Below the pieces are notes generated by a model that was given only the letters and a program-made list of their open reading frames with translations, searched no databases and was not told the DNA's origin. Made by a program: the position numbers and the translations under genes. Shown here piece after piece: positions 1 through 13,030 of a DNA stretch of 64,000 bases (position 1 is the first letter of the stretch; every line of letters starts with the position of its first letter). The stretch lies in the NCBI RefSeq assembly GCF_037042905.1, contig NC_087245.1, forward strand, positions 19,470,001 through 19,534,000, written 5' to 3'. Source of the stretch: Lytechinus pictus (taxonomy: Eukaryota).

Positions 1-894
1 GGGGAGTGACTTCTGCAACAGTTACGACAGGTGTCTCATCAGGAACGGCCTCCTCAACTGGAACTTCCTTTGATTCGGGAGTGATTGCGGAGATACCAAC
101 ATCAGGAACATCCTCGATGGGTTCTTGGGCTGGGAGAGTAACTTCTTCAGGCTTCTTGGTCACAGGTGCAATGGTTGCTTCCTGATCCTCTGAGACCTGA
201 GGAGCCTTCTCCACATCGATGACTGCACTATCATCAGTGACAGGTTTCTTCCTCTTCAGGATGGCTCTACCTCTTTTTGGTGACTTGATCTCTTCATCCT
301 CTTCCTCCACCGTGTCAAGGAATACACGCCTTTTATATTCAATATCAGGCTGATCCAGAGGTCGAACCTGAACTTTCAACTTTTTCTCTTTATCTTTCTT
401 CTTCTTCTTCTTCTTTTTTTTCTCTTTCTTCTCTGGTTCAGACTCCTTTTCATCATCATGAGGCAATTCTGGTTCCAAAATTGGCTCTCCCTCTAAATCT
501 TCCTCTGTAAGATCTTCATCTTCTTCTTCATCATCATCGTCATCAAACGGAGCACTTTCAGAAGGACCTTCATCAATTGTCACTGATACAGGCTCCTCTT
601 CTGGCCTATCTTCATCATCAGGAGTGTCTTCAGGTCTGGGAGCTTCCACCGGAACCTCAGCAGCTGGTGGGATATCATGAGGGCGCTTCTCTTGAACATC
701 TGGTCTTGCTTCCTCTGGAAGTGTTTTAGGAACCTCTGGTGCTTCAGGAGCTGGGATTTCAACTGTTACTTCAGGTAATTCCTCTGGTAGGGCTTCTTCA
801 GTTGGAACTTCAGATTTGGGTACTTCTTCCTTAGGCGCAACAACAACCTCCACAGCTTCAACTGTTACAACTTCTTCAGCCGCTGGAGTTGTCT
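1..894 (-). CDS. Titin-like exon (3'-truncated by window): acidic PEVK-like spacer with a poly-Lys tract
   Basis: CCTTACAG|AG (ETTPAAEEVVTVEAVEVVVAPKEEVP...), phase 1. The E/P/V-rich frame appears open to the window edge and is not in the ORF track. Confidence 0.88.
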
Positions 895-1670
895 CTGTAA
901 GGTTGAAGAAAGTTGGTAGGCCCAAGAAGAGTGAAAATGAACATCCAGCAGTAGAATGAAGATGAACATTCAATGCCGTGCATCAATGCTTTGATGGCAG
1001 ACTTGGCAGGCAAAATGCGACTCTTCTAATGATCATGCAACTGTTCCGTGATGATGCAATGGAATGATACTAAAACTAAAACAAGGTGCTTCATGCCGGA
1101 AAAAAATCTTGACAGTCCTCTGTCACAAGCACAAATGATTTGACATTGATTTAACATTCTTGTTGAGAATTACCCTAGTCGCCTGGTCTTGATCATACTT
1201 GGAATGCAGATCATTTCGAGCTGTAGTGAGGTCTGTGATCAATACTATCTTTAAAATATCTCGGGAGTCCTCTTTCATCTTTCTGGAGATACTGCTGCCC
1301 CCTACTTCTCCCGTTTATAATCTCATTATGAGTCCTTTTAATATTTTGGTTTTTGTTCTTTACTTTGGAATATTGGATGCTGTCAAAATAGTTTGTTTAA
1401 TGTTAGTGGTATGTATCAAACATGTTTTTTTATATTTTAATGTATTGAAATATCTGACTTCAAAATTGAGAATTGAAATATTCGTGTTTATCATCGCCGT
1501 TTATGCTTAACTTTTTGGTGTCCTTGCATAAACTTGTTCGATCTTTGTTTTGTTATTATAATTTCATTTAATTACAATGGTTTTGTTTAACTTTTGTTTA
1601 ATAGATTCAGACAATTAAAAAAAAAATGGGACAATTTTTAAGATCTATTCACAAATAAAAATTCTGCTGT

Positions 1671-1965
1671 AATAATAATAATAGTCGGTTCTTGTGTAGC
1701 GCATAACACATTATAAATAACGTCTCTATGCGCTTCCAAAGGACTTGGATATTATTACCCTGGCTTTAGCCCCGCAGCCCTTTATAGCGCTGTGGCATTT
1801 CAAAGAATAAATTCCTGCCAGGTACCCATTCACCTCACCTGGGTTGAGTGCAGCACAATGTGGATAAATTTCTTGCTGAAGGAAACTACGCCATGGCTGG
1901 GATTTGAACCCACGACCCTCTGTTTCAAAGTCTGGAGACTAATCCACTGGGCCACAACGCTCCAC
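1671..1965 (-). mobile_element. tRNA-derived SINE
   Basis: Minus strand: A box TGGCCCAGTGG, B box GGTTCAAATCC, central AACCCAGGTG...AATGGGTACC core, and a 3' AAGCGC...GCGCTA segment with a (TAT)n tail. Confidence 0.85.
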
Positions 1966-2319
1966 AGTAAAGGCAAAATATCACACTTGGGGGAGTAATC
2001 AACCCTGTCATACTGGAAAATTTGTTTTGAATGAGAAATGTATTTTTAAAAATGATTTTGAAAATCCCAACCGCCATTGTTTGTTGTCCCCTAAACGACA
2101 CACAACCATCACGAAGGACAACATGCACACTGCACAATATCTTTACCAACTTCATCAATTTCACATTATGTAACTTCTGGGGGAGCATATTGTCATAGAG
2201 GGTTCACAGTATATCATGCATTCTTTCTTGGGGACTGTACTCCATGGGAAACTTTCGTTTCCAGATGGAACCTGGGAGATAGTAATAGAAAAACAATGAC
2301 AATCCATGCACACATTTGA

Positions 2320-2825
2320 ATGCCATCGCTCTAGACAACATTGTACAACGCCTACTCAGCCTATTGTACGCGAGCAAATGGAAGGTTAAATGTCAAACAT
2401 TTGTGCCGTTGCACACGTACCGTCCATAATGTACCATTGCATGATCAGGAACAAGGTGACGTCACAATTAAAAATTATGATTCAATGCATTGCGCTTAGT
2501 AAGTGCAATACGCGTAGGTCTTACTGGCAAAATGCACATTGCTGTTGCAGATCAGATGTGCATTTGAAAAGATTTTCCTTTTGCTTTCAAAATTTTCTTT
2601 CTTGAAAAAATGATTATTGTTCGTATTTTCTCTAAATTCCGAGGCGTTGTACAACACAAATAGCGAATATTCTTATTCGTGCAATGGTGCAACATTTTGC
2701 ATTCAGTGAAAGAAAGAGACACTCTATTCAACTCGGCTAACGCATCGTTGAATAAAGCCTCTTTCTTTCACCTTTTGCCAAATCTTGAACCATCGCACTC
2801 ATGCCTCTTCGCTATCTGTATACTA
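2320..2825. repeat. CpG-rich interspersed repeat with hairpins (probable non-autonomous DNA element)
   Basis: TTGTACAACGCCT (2341) is inverted at 2642. A long imperfect stem 2679-2732 / 2747-2798 is centred on ATTCAACTCGGCTAACGCATCGTTGAAT. Confidence 0.55.
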
Positions 2826-2840
2826 TACCCTGAGACACAG

Positions 2841-3127
2841 AGGGCGGTATTCTAAAGACAGATTTAACTAAGACCACGGTCTAACTCTGTGCTATAATTA
2901 TGGGAAGCCAAAATTTAAAAAAAAAAAATTTTATATGTCATATTTCTTATATTTACTATTTTGTTTCCTAATGAGGAGAATACTTCAGTTATCATTCTCA
3001 GGCAATTATGAACAATTTGAGAGTCAAATGAGTTAATAAAGTGGATTTGTGCCCCAATTGGCCATCCATAGTTAAACCACAACTTAAAACCAGGATTTAA
3101 TTTAAACCATAGTACAGAATACGGGGT
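2841..3127. mobile_element. MITE-like element
   Basis: Ends GGGCGGTATTCT...TTTAA and TTAAA...AGAATACGGGG are imperfect inverted repeats around an AT-rich interior. Confidence 0.5.
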
Positions 3128-6100
3128 AGAGTACCCTTCTTGGGATCTCCATAGAATGGATGCCCTGTTTTAATAATGTCATGAAAAACATGAACACAGA
3201 TTGTGCTCATGTTCCCTCATGGGAAGAGGGACTATTTGCATGGATTGGCACTGTTCTTTTAGCTACTGTCCACCAAGTTACTATCAGGTAAAATTCCCCT
3301 TTCTCCAAAGGACAGACAGAAAGTACTCATTGAGTACATGACATCAAAAGTCAAGTTTGAGTTGATATTTCCTTTTCAGGTCCCGCCATCTTTAAGAAAG
3401 AGTTGACACGGTACTGTGAACTGTCAATGACAAACAGGTACATATGCTACATGATCAGACAAACACACACAATCACATTGTTGCATGCATAACAATCATA
3501 CACAGAAAACATCAAATGAACATTCACCATGCGCTATTCCCCAGACTAAACTCATTAACTTATTTTCTAATTACGGTCATGCATGAGAAGAAAAATGCTC
3601 TTTTTACTATCTATATCTATAAGAATAAATTAAAATCAACATGGATGGAGCTTTCTATTCAGATGCACCATAAAACAGAATAGACTACCGGTAGCTTTTC
3701 ATAGTCTATTTCTACTGTTTTACAAAAAGGGGAAGTATATGCGTGTAAGTAGAGGGTTGGCATGGGTGCTTTTTAGATCTTTTGGGGATTTACCAAAGAC
3801 GAAAACGAAGTAAACTTGATATAACAGAACTGCTCACCAAATACCCTTTTTTTGCAATTTTAAGAGCAAATAATCTTATTTTGGGGAGAATTTTGCTTTT
3901 TATTTCATTTTACAAGAGGATGCAGATCAGGGGAAATACCAGGGTGGTGCAGGAATGAAGATCAGAAATATGTGATAGACTTTACATAAAGGGAAAACTA
4001 GGCATTATAATGACTACATAGATACACACAAACAACAGAAAGCAGGCAAATTACAATGAAAATTGAAGTAAACAGTGTTTTTGTTATTTGTATAAAAGGA
4101 TATGAAAGAATACAAAATTTATACAAACAGTGGTCTTGGTAGACTGTTTTTTGATACAGTATGCATTATAAAATCCAGTAGAAACATACCTGGTTGTGAC
4201 TTTATATGAATACAATATTTTGAAATTTTAGAAAGAAATATTTGCATGTGAAAATTAAGCCAAAATTAAAGACCAAGCTTTATATGCAATACATAATCCA
4301 TTTTTCTCTTCCCAATACACCAACAAATATTTTGGTTTAGTAAACCTTTCCCAATCTTATTAATTACAATATTTGAAGCACCTATTTACAATAAAATTTT
4401 CAAATTAAATATCAAATTGAATTATATTTAGTCTATTGTTTGCAACATACCTATCTAACAAAAAGATATATATTCTATTGTATATGAATGCAGGAAGTAA
4501 TATGTGCAGTCTAGCTATAAGGCAAGTATTGCATGACCTATTGTCAATCGTAATTAATATCGATTTCATTTACCTCTTAGAAAATATAGACTGTTATACA
4601 ACTGATAGTACTATAGCATTCTAATTTTAGATAAGTAGTTCAGATTATATTTACAATCACCCTAAAATAAAAAAGAAGATTTGGAGTTGCATATCATTTT
4701 AAAATCATTATTTAATGTTTTGGGGTAAAATCTTCATATAAGCTGTGGTTATGAATTTTGAGTTGAAAAACAAAATTCAACATATCCTTTTATTTTCTTT
4801 TGGTTAGGCTTTATATAGTCTAGACTTCATTTTACATGTAGAACATAACGTAACATAAAAAAACAGTAACTAATTTTGAAATAAAATAAAAATAAGTCAG
4901 AACAGCAATGTGGTGAAAATGTAAAATGAATAACTAGTTACTCTTTCCATGATGATTCTCCCCTAATAATATAAAAACAAGACAACAGTTTTGGAAAGAA
5001 CAATACATAGACTTTGGAATGTAAATTACTTGGATGAGTAAAAGAATGGAAAGTTGTCATGTTAACATGAAAGTGATTGTGTACTAATGACTACTTGACT
5101 TCTAAATCAACTTGCCCAACAATAAATCTATTTAAAAACAAATACTGAGAACTAAAATGCACAGACGATCATAACAAAACGAGGATACATGCAGTGTAAA
5201 ACAAACTTTTAACATTCAGATTAACAAAGTATTGTTTCGCCAAGAAATATACCACAAATGCAAAACTTCTACATTTATGCAAACAAACACTAAACTGGAT
5301 ATATTGAAAAATTAAATTGAGATGTACATCATTAATATTTCACACATATTCTTTCTAAATATACAAAGTATATTGGTTACAAAAAGACATCTTATAATCC
5401 ATTAAAAAGTGCAATAAATCCTTGGATTATGTCCTGAATGATAATAATAATTTCTGGAAATGCACAATTTACAAGCTAAGTACATGCCATAAAAGCCACT
5501 AAACACTAACAACTGCAAGATATCACAATACAATATTCACTGTGTAAATACCCCTCACATAATTTCTTTCAAAAATGCATAGGATGATTTGGTCTGAATA
5601 TTACTTGTTTTGAGAAGGAAATGAAAAACATCACACGTTTTATCCATTAAAGTGGAAAAACACAACCAGTAACATTAAACTCATTAAACGCATAAAATAC
5701 ATGCAAGTAAAACTTCCTTATATGACTCCTTGATGAAGTTCATTATGTCAATTGAAAGAGAATTGTTAAATGCACAACTATTTTTATTCCTCAACAGGGA
5801 TGAGGTGCATTGACTGATATCATTCATCTATTGAGAACTTGATTCTTTCACATGCAAACAAGCAGAAATTTGAAAAATATAATTTCTCAAAAACATAAAA
5901 TAGATATGAAAAAAAAACCAATCAATTGATATGAGAAAATCCATGCACAAGTAGACGAAAGCATGCTAACTCATTCGTGCATCATATACAATAAAATATA
6001 TACTACGTATAATTTCTAATTCAAATTTAGAAAAAAAATATTTTCTTAAAAAAAAAATGTTACAAATTATTCAATTTGCCTCATAAATTAAGAAAAGTAT

Positions 6101-6879
6101 TTTTAAATATCCTACTCTCGGCACCAAAGGAATATGAATTAATGTAAAGGTACATGCATTTCTTGAGATACAAATCAATGTGCAATATTTTCAGGAAAGT
6201 TGAATACAAAACTGATGTATAAAAATGCAGCACTTTTGATACAGATTATTATGAATCTATAGTCCATCATTTCAGATGCATAAAAAAAGAAATAAATCCA
6301 AGTACAAAAGGTATTGGGTGTTAATACTGAATCTGTAAGTAATGCTTTGAGAGTCTTTTACAGACTAAATACTTAATTTTTACTTGACCCATATTTCATC
6401 AAGACTGAAAGAGAATTTTAAATGCTGTAAATAATTTTTTTTTTAATTATCTGAATACAGGTACTGGTACTTCTTAGGATACTACTTCAAGAGAAAAAGG
6501 GCACACTAACTTGCAAGAACATACAAAAACATTTCTCCTTTCTAAGAAATAAAAATGTTAAAATTCATCTCTTTTGACTGGTCCCGCTAAAATCTATTGC
6601 ACTTACATGCCCTCCTTGACAATGGAGTAGCACACATCAAGGCTCTTCAATTCATTAAGTCTTTATCTGCCTTGATCCACAAGATTGACAAAAATAACCA
6701 CTTTTGACATTAAAACAAGTACATGCAAACAGCACCCATCCATTGCAAAGTCAGCTGTTTAGAGCTAGAAGGATAGCATTGTATGCCCAAACAGTGAAAC
6801 AAGCCTTCTAGTTCCAAACCAAGTGACACAATATCGGGTTTTAATCCGTTACAAGAATCAACCAATTTAGTGCAGAAGG

Positions 6880-7010
6880 CTGAAGAGCATTTCATGAAGC
6901 AATCTGTAATGATTTCACTGATAATTGATGTAAGCTCATGAATTTGATCGGCTAAGAGAAAATTTGTCAGTGATATCACTCTCAGGGTGCTTCATGAAAC
7001 AGTCCCCTGG
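6880..7010. mobile_element. Short degenerate MITE-like element
   Basis: TTTCATGAAGCA (about 6890) is inverted as TGCTTCATGAAA (about 6988), with an inner TCACTGA/TCAGTGA pair. Confidence 0.4.
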
Positions 7011-7075
7011 TAATCCCCATATAAAGCCTATTGGAAACAGGGTTAAGCATTCCACATAACAAAAAGGTGGATGGA

Positions 7076-7239
7076 CTACAAGAACAAGACCACGTAACAC
7101 ATAGCAATGAATATAACGATGAAAGCTACGATGTCCCATTCCAGTATGTGTGCCAGGGATGCCATACCTTCTGGTTTCATTGCCTTGGTTTCTGGGGTAA
7201 CCTGGTCCTCTGCAACCTCCTGGGGTACAGCTTCAACCT
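7076..7239 (-). CDS. Composite exon: 72-nt internal exon (7168-7239) or read-through terminal exon ending in a transmembrane tail
   Basis: Strong acceptor CCCCTCTTACAG|AG and internal donor GAAG|GTATGG at 7168/7167. Read-through gives GMASLAHILEWDIVAFIVIFIAMCYVVLFL*. Confidence 0.8.
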
Positions 7240-7818
7240 CTGTAAGAGGGGAGGTTGAGAAAGAGAGGAAAAGAGTAAGGGGGTAGGAGGGAGACAAAGA
7301 AAATGAGTGGTAAAAAGAAATAGATGAAAGGGAGTGTTAAAGCAGAGAGATCCAAGACAGGACAAAGAAAGGGGTAGAATATTAAAATGTACAATGGAAG
7401 TCAGGAATCTTGAATCATCTTACAAATAACTATCATTCATCTATTATAGTTTCAGATTTAATGGAATATTTTATTCATAGATATTTACAATTTCCATGGT
7501 TAAATCAAATTTGCAGTTTGGGTAAGATCCTGCAATATGTTAGTCATTAATGGATACATAATCAGGGATAAGAATACATTTTGTCATTGACAGTGACTTA
7601 CTAACTATGACACAACTGTAAAGTCTGTGTCTAGTCTACAAAGCTGAAAAGTTGAATATCAGCAATACCTGCATGTGAGCTACAGTACTACCTTAAGGAT
7701 CTAGCAAAAAATAGAACATCTTGGGCTTTGCCAAACATTCAACATGATTGACAAGAGAGGAGACCCCCCAAAAAAAATATTATCATACCACTCACAAAAT
7801 TCTTTGAAACACACTCAC

Positions 7819-8118
7819 CCTTTTCTGTTGGTAGATGAACCACCACCTTCTCAGTGGGTTCACCGACACCAAACTGGTTGGAGGCACTGACCCGGAAGGC
7901 ATACTCCTCCCCAGGAGTCAGATCAGCGATGGTAAAGACGGGTGCCTTGAGGGTCTCGGCTATCCTCTGCCATGACTTGGTGGCACTGTCCAGCATCTCA
8001 ACGATGTAGGAGGACACCTCCTGGCCTTTGTCCTCCATGATAGGTGTCTGCCAGGTGATGGTGGTGGAGGTGGGAGTTACCTGGGTTGGTTCCAGCTTCC
8101 GAGGTTTGTCTGGGATGT
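7819..8118 (-). CDS. Fibronectin type III domain exon
   Basis: TTGACAG|AC (DIPDKPRKL...TITWQTP...SYIVEM...W...IADLTPGEEYAFRVSASNQFGVGEP), donor G|GTGAGT. Titin-type Fn3 signature. Confidence 0.93.
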
Positions 8119-9257
8119 CTGTCAAGGAGGGTGAGGGGAGGGGATGAAAGAAAGTGATAATGTCAAAAGTTCAGAACATAAAATTTATATTATTGATATA
8201 CCTAGGGTGCAAGGAAGCATGCTGCCAAAGTGAAACTGCAAGGTGGTTGCAAAGAAGCAACAGTTTGAAAATTAAGATAATTTAATAAATGAATGATAAC
8301 GGAAGCACCAAGCTTTAGGAGGTGGAAGGGGCATGGTTTCAGAGCTTGGATCGCCATCAGAATTTGGAAATGGAGCAGTTTTAGTACCTTGTCCTGGCAT
8401 CTGATGTTGAATGGATGTGATATCAGCACTTGCCAGGATATTTTCCAAGAAATGCTGCTGGTTCATATACTGGTCATAAAACTGTTAATACTGGGAATCG
8501 TTACACCCACCTCATTTCTTCTCATCAATTTGAACCATACACAGCATATGAATTAAAACAAGTGTCCTACCTAATTTCAAATCAATAAATATAATTCCAT
8601 ATGAAAGAGGAAATCAATGCATATTTGACAACAATACTCATGTGATTAATAGTCTAAACTCCCACTAAGGAGAAAATGTTAACATTAACCATAGCGTATT
8701 AAAGACCCCTACACTTGAATAACTACATAGAATAACATATAATTTAATTATTTGAGATTCTAATAACCCCCAATGTTGCAAGTAATGGCGAATGATGGCA
8801 AATATAAATTCATTTGTACAGTATGTATTCTTTTAATTTTTGTTTTGTTTTTAAAGAGAGAAATACAGAATCTGTTTAAAGAAAAATAACAAGTACATTG
8901 TTGCATCATGACTAACATAGATCGAAAAAGAGTTTCTCTTACCTGCTGAGTTTTATGGAAAAGGAAAGTAAATATGGTGCAAAGTTCATGACAGAAGCAA
9001 ATTGAAAAAGAAATTGTAATTTGGCATTAAAAGCAATTAATTTTGGAACCTTGTGCTGAATTCATTGCAGTGAAAGCAATTCAGGTTTAGCTTTGTTGAA
9101 TGACCACTCTTTAGCATAAAAAACAAGCTGGAGGAAAGTTTTGAGAAAAGGAATGAACCAAACTCTTCATAAATGTCAGATCTTGATTCTTAAGGGATAT
9201 GAATGCAAAACAATCAAGCTTCTATTTTTTTTTTTTGGGGGGGGTCAAGTCATGTAC

Positions 9258-9536
9258 CTATAACTGTAATGCTGACTTGGAGTTCATCTCGAGCAAGCTC
9301 GTTCTCAACGACAACCACATAGTCACCAGCGTCCTCCATCTGGGCTTTAGAGATGACCAGCTGGGTCGTTTCTCGGGTTGTTTCAGTGGTGATTCTTTCA
9401 GTGGTTTCCACGACGACTGAGTTTTTGTACCAGGTGACAGATGGCTGAGGGAACCCCTCGATACGGATATCAACAGTGATTGATTCACCACGCTTGACAG
9501 ACACACTCTTGGGCCCCTCCATAATTCGGGCGGGGA
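9258..9536 (-). CDS. Titin-like exon: Ig domain
   Basis: TCAACAG|TC (VPARIMEGPKSVSVKRGESITVDIRIEGFPQPSVTWYKN...DAGDYVVVVENELA), donor G|GTACAT. Confidence 0.92.
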   Translation of the reverse strand, partial: SPPELWRGPRVCLSSVVNQSLLISVSRGSLSHLSPGTKTQSSWKPLKESPLKQPEKRPSWSSLKPRWRTLVTMWLSLRTSLLEMNSKSALQL

Positions 9537-12500
9537 CTGTTGATTCGAGTTGATCGGGAGGGAATTGTGTTTGGGCGTGTGGGGAGAGGATAAAAAAGGA
9601 TGAGGGAGAAATACAATGGATTATGAATGTGCAGCTGATTACATGAGGCCTTTTAGAAGTAATGATTTCCAATGCTTGATAGGACTTTGGGAATGAAGCA
9701 AGTATGCTGTTGGGTTGTGCGTAAGCACTATTAGTCAGCTTTTTTTCCCCTATGAACTTTTGCAAAAGGCATTTTCAGCTTCAGGACATAACTAATTAAA
9801 GAAAAGGGTTGCTAAACTTAAAGTACAGATTTCAACTACTAGCCATGATCTGAGGATGAAGGTTGAAGCATCAGACACCTTGTCAATAGAGAGAGAGCCA
9901 TGTCTTTTTTCCAGAAATCTGGCAAGCGGCTTTTCATTACCAATCCTCACACTTCTTCATAGACAAAACAATGAGGAATACAGGAAAGCCGCTATGCAAA
10001 GATGCAGAGCCTTTTTATAGAGGGATTCCTTTAAAAAAACCTGACACAAAATTTTGACATGAGACCTAAGAACATTTAGCCAACAACCTTTTTTTTCTAT
10101 TTTTAACTATGCAAGGGCATTTTTTATTTTTGGACACAGCAATTATTTAAGGAGAAAGCAATTTAAATAAATTCAACAATTTTATAGAGCCAATTACAAA
10201 AGTTCGAGTGATTTTTACCATGTTTTTGTACAACAGAGCTTTCGTGGAAATATAATGGAGAAGCAAGTTAAGATAGGAGAGTCCTAGCTTTTTCAGATGA
10301 AAATTGGAAATGCTTCAGCTATTTGATTGCATATAATCTTTCAGGTAATTTGTCAAACACATCTCATGTCAGCTCTGCGACATAACATGATGGGCTTATT
10401 TTGAACATGAAAAACTATATTTGTCAATAAATGCACAACTTGGATGTTTAATCAATATGATTATCCAGACTGAATTACATGCCATCTTTCTTTAAAAGGT
10501 GTCATGGTCAAGTACAAGATACTGAATGGAGTAAAACAATAATTATACATGAATAACTTCAATCAATTCTGTATTCAAATTTGTATATTTCAAATTATCA
10601 ATATATGTTAAGTCAAACAAAAATCACTGTCATGAAATAATAAAATGGTATTAATGCAAAATGACTAAAGGACATGATATTACAGGAGTTAAACATGATA
10701 AAACATTGTTAGTAATGAAGCATGGGCAAGCATACAATTTAGCATAACTCATCAGAACATTTGGCACATACATCACATACACATCTCCAATTTACAAACA
10801 TATTAGCGAAAGTTGATTGTTAAAAAATGTACCATGCAGAGTTCTATCCTTTCTCACAACTTGGCAAAAACAGACACAAAACAACATCCAACCAACCAAA
10901 TAAAGAATACATACATATATCCATTAATAGAGTGAAAATCCCAAACAATTCTTTGCAATGAGTTAGTATATTCCATGAATACTTCCAAGGTGTTAAGAAT
11001 GATGAATGAATGAAAGGGACCCTTGCCATAAAAAACAATCAAGATAACATCTAAAATATATTATTAGTCATGATTACTGTAACAAAAACAATATGATTTG
11101 TAACAATTATAGGAGACGACAAATAAAAACAGCCAGGATATTATTAAAGGTATCTGTTTTTCCCTGACAATTATTTATTCACCTATCTCACCACTTTAAT
11201 GTACAACTTTACAGAACTTTTTTATATACAAACTTACAAATAAACCAATATATTGTGATTCCTTAATAAATCATCTTAAATCCAGTTCTACAGAATATAA
11301 TTTTTCTAGATTATATATTTCATTTGCTATATAAAGCAGTACATTCTATAATTTCATATCAGTATAGAAATTGAAAATGTGAATCTTTCTCACATTTAGT
11401 AAAAAAAAGAGTATATAGAAAATGTTTCATGAGCTGTCTTAACTATGAAAGAGATGTATTACATTAACTTTGTCTATTTCAATACTATGACAAATAATTG
11501 TTCTAAATATTATAAAATAACATGCTTGAGTTTGCTTCTGACAGATATGAAAGGTTTACATGGTTATCAAACATGCTAACATAAAATAATTTCTTACCAG
11601 GAATGTGCTTTCGAGAATACAAAACAATTTGTCAAAAGAAATTTGGCAATTTCAAGCATCCATATAAAAAGAAACTAAGACATGTACATGTAAAAAGTAA
11701 ATAAAATGAGTTTAAGATAAGAAAAAACTGGTAGGATCTGTTTATTAATGTACATCACCTTTTGCAAATATGTGCATATTTTCAAATAGCTTCTCCTTTT
11801 AAATCTACATTTCATTAATAACATACAACATAATTTTCCAAATGGTACATGAACTAAAAATGTCAATGATACGCAATCACTTTCAAATACAGTAAAGCTT
11901 TAGAATTTTAATAATTGTATGTATAAATATAAGATAATTCTATGTTTGGAAATCAAGGTCTTTGTATTTGATAAAGCTAGGCATTAAGAAATGAAAGTAC
12001 TAATACTATCAAGCATCTATTCACAATATAGAATTGTTTACCATGGAAATTGTTATGCAACCTTAGAAAATATCAGAAAGATGAACTAAATTAAACCCCA
12101 TTATAAATCAATCCTTCACAATCTTCACAAAGATTCGCAATGGAAAGTTTCCTTTAAATCAATGATCATCAACTGACATGAAGATGAAAGGATAGGCAAT
12201 CAATTAAAAGTTATTCATGCATATCTGGTTCATAGAATAGACCTAAATAGATCATACTGAAATAACATTCAAAGAAATGATATAAACATTACAAATTAAG
12301 AATGATTTGACTATTGATGAGCAAACTAGACAGCTGAAACCTAGGGCAACTGACAATAATCATGCATGTTTAATTATGTTATTAAAAAAAGGAATCTAAA
12401 ACAAATAATTGTGTAGGACAGTAGGATTTCTTTGAAAATATCATTTGTGAAATTTAGAGTTGTGGTATAAGGCCAGTAAAAGTTGTAGAAGTAACAATTT

Positions 12501-12971
12501 CAAGCAATTCCAAGACTATAAGTTCAAATTGGCCTACAGTAAATTCCAAGCATGCAAAAGGAAAAAGCATCATTTAAAAAAAATTGTATTACAATAAATG
12601 AGGTACAACTGTGACAGATATTTCCATAACCCTAGAATGATCATACAATTTTTATTATGGTAGGAAAATGAATTCCTGAACAGAAAAAACAAACAAAAAC
12701 TTTTGCGTGCATTAGGAAAAAAGTTAACAGAATACATCAGATGGAGATTACATTTACAATGAAATGTACAATAATAAAATTTAAACTTTCATTTTTTGCA
12801 CAAAAGTGAGTTTCTCTTTCAGGTAGTTATCAGAAGTCAGTTGTAACAATGGATGAATTATGATTTACTTCCTATGCACACGAAGGCTTTGGTTTGCTTC
12901 AACAATGCTTTAATTTTCATGGTTAGATATTGCTTTAATTTGGAAAAGAGGCATTCCATAGTGCTCTTTCT

Positions 12972-13030
12972 TTAAAGGTAGATGCGATACACGCTGTTCT
13001 TATGTTCCACTATGTGATGATGCAACGTGC
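12972..13030 (-). CDS. Candidate alternative terminal exon (GTLHHHIVEHKNSVYRIYL*)
   Basis: Pyrimidine-rich acceptor TGTTTGCCCCCATCCTGATCCTTAACACAG|GC in phase 1, TAA at 12972-12974, then about 3 kb of UTR-like sequence with minus-strand AATAAA at 12651, 11741 and 11174. Confidence 0.45.

Noticed and set aside
1890..1965. Functional tRNA genes at 1890-1965 and 32695-32768
   Set aside because: The tRNA-like heads continue into a shared SINE core and (TAT)n tail and lack a properly paired acceptor stem.
7076..7130. KASH (nesprin-like) domain
   Set aside because: The hydrophobic helix ends at the stop codon, with no ~30-aa lumenal peptide or PPPX terminus.
8272..8466. 64-aa minus-strand Pro-rich ORF between the last Ig and Fn3 exons as an extra exon
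   Set aside because: I found no convincing phase-1 acceptor entering this frame, and the phase-1 reading from CATCAG|AT stops after a few codons.
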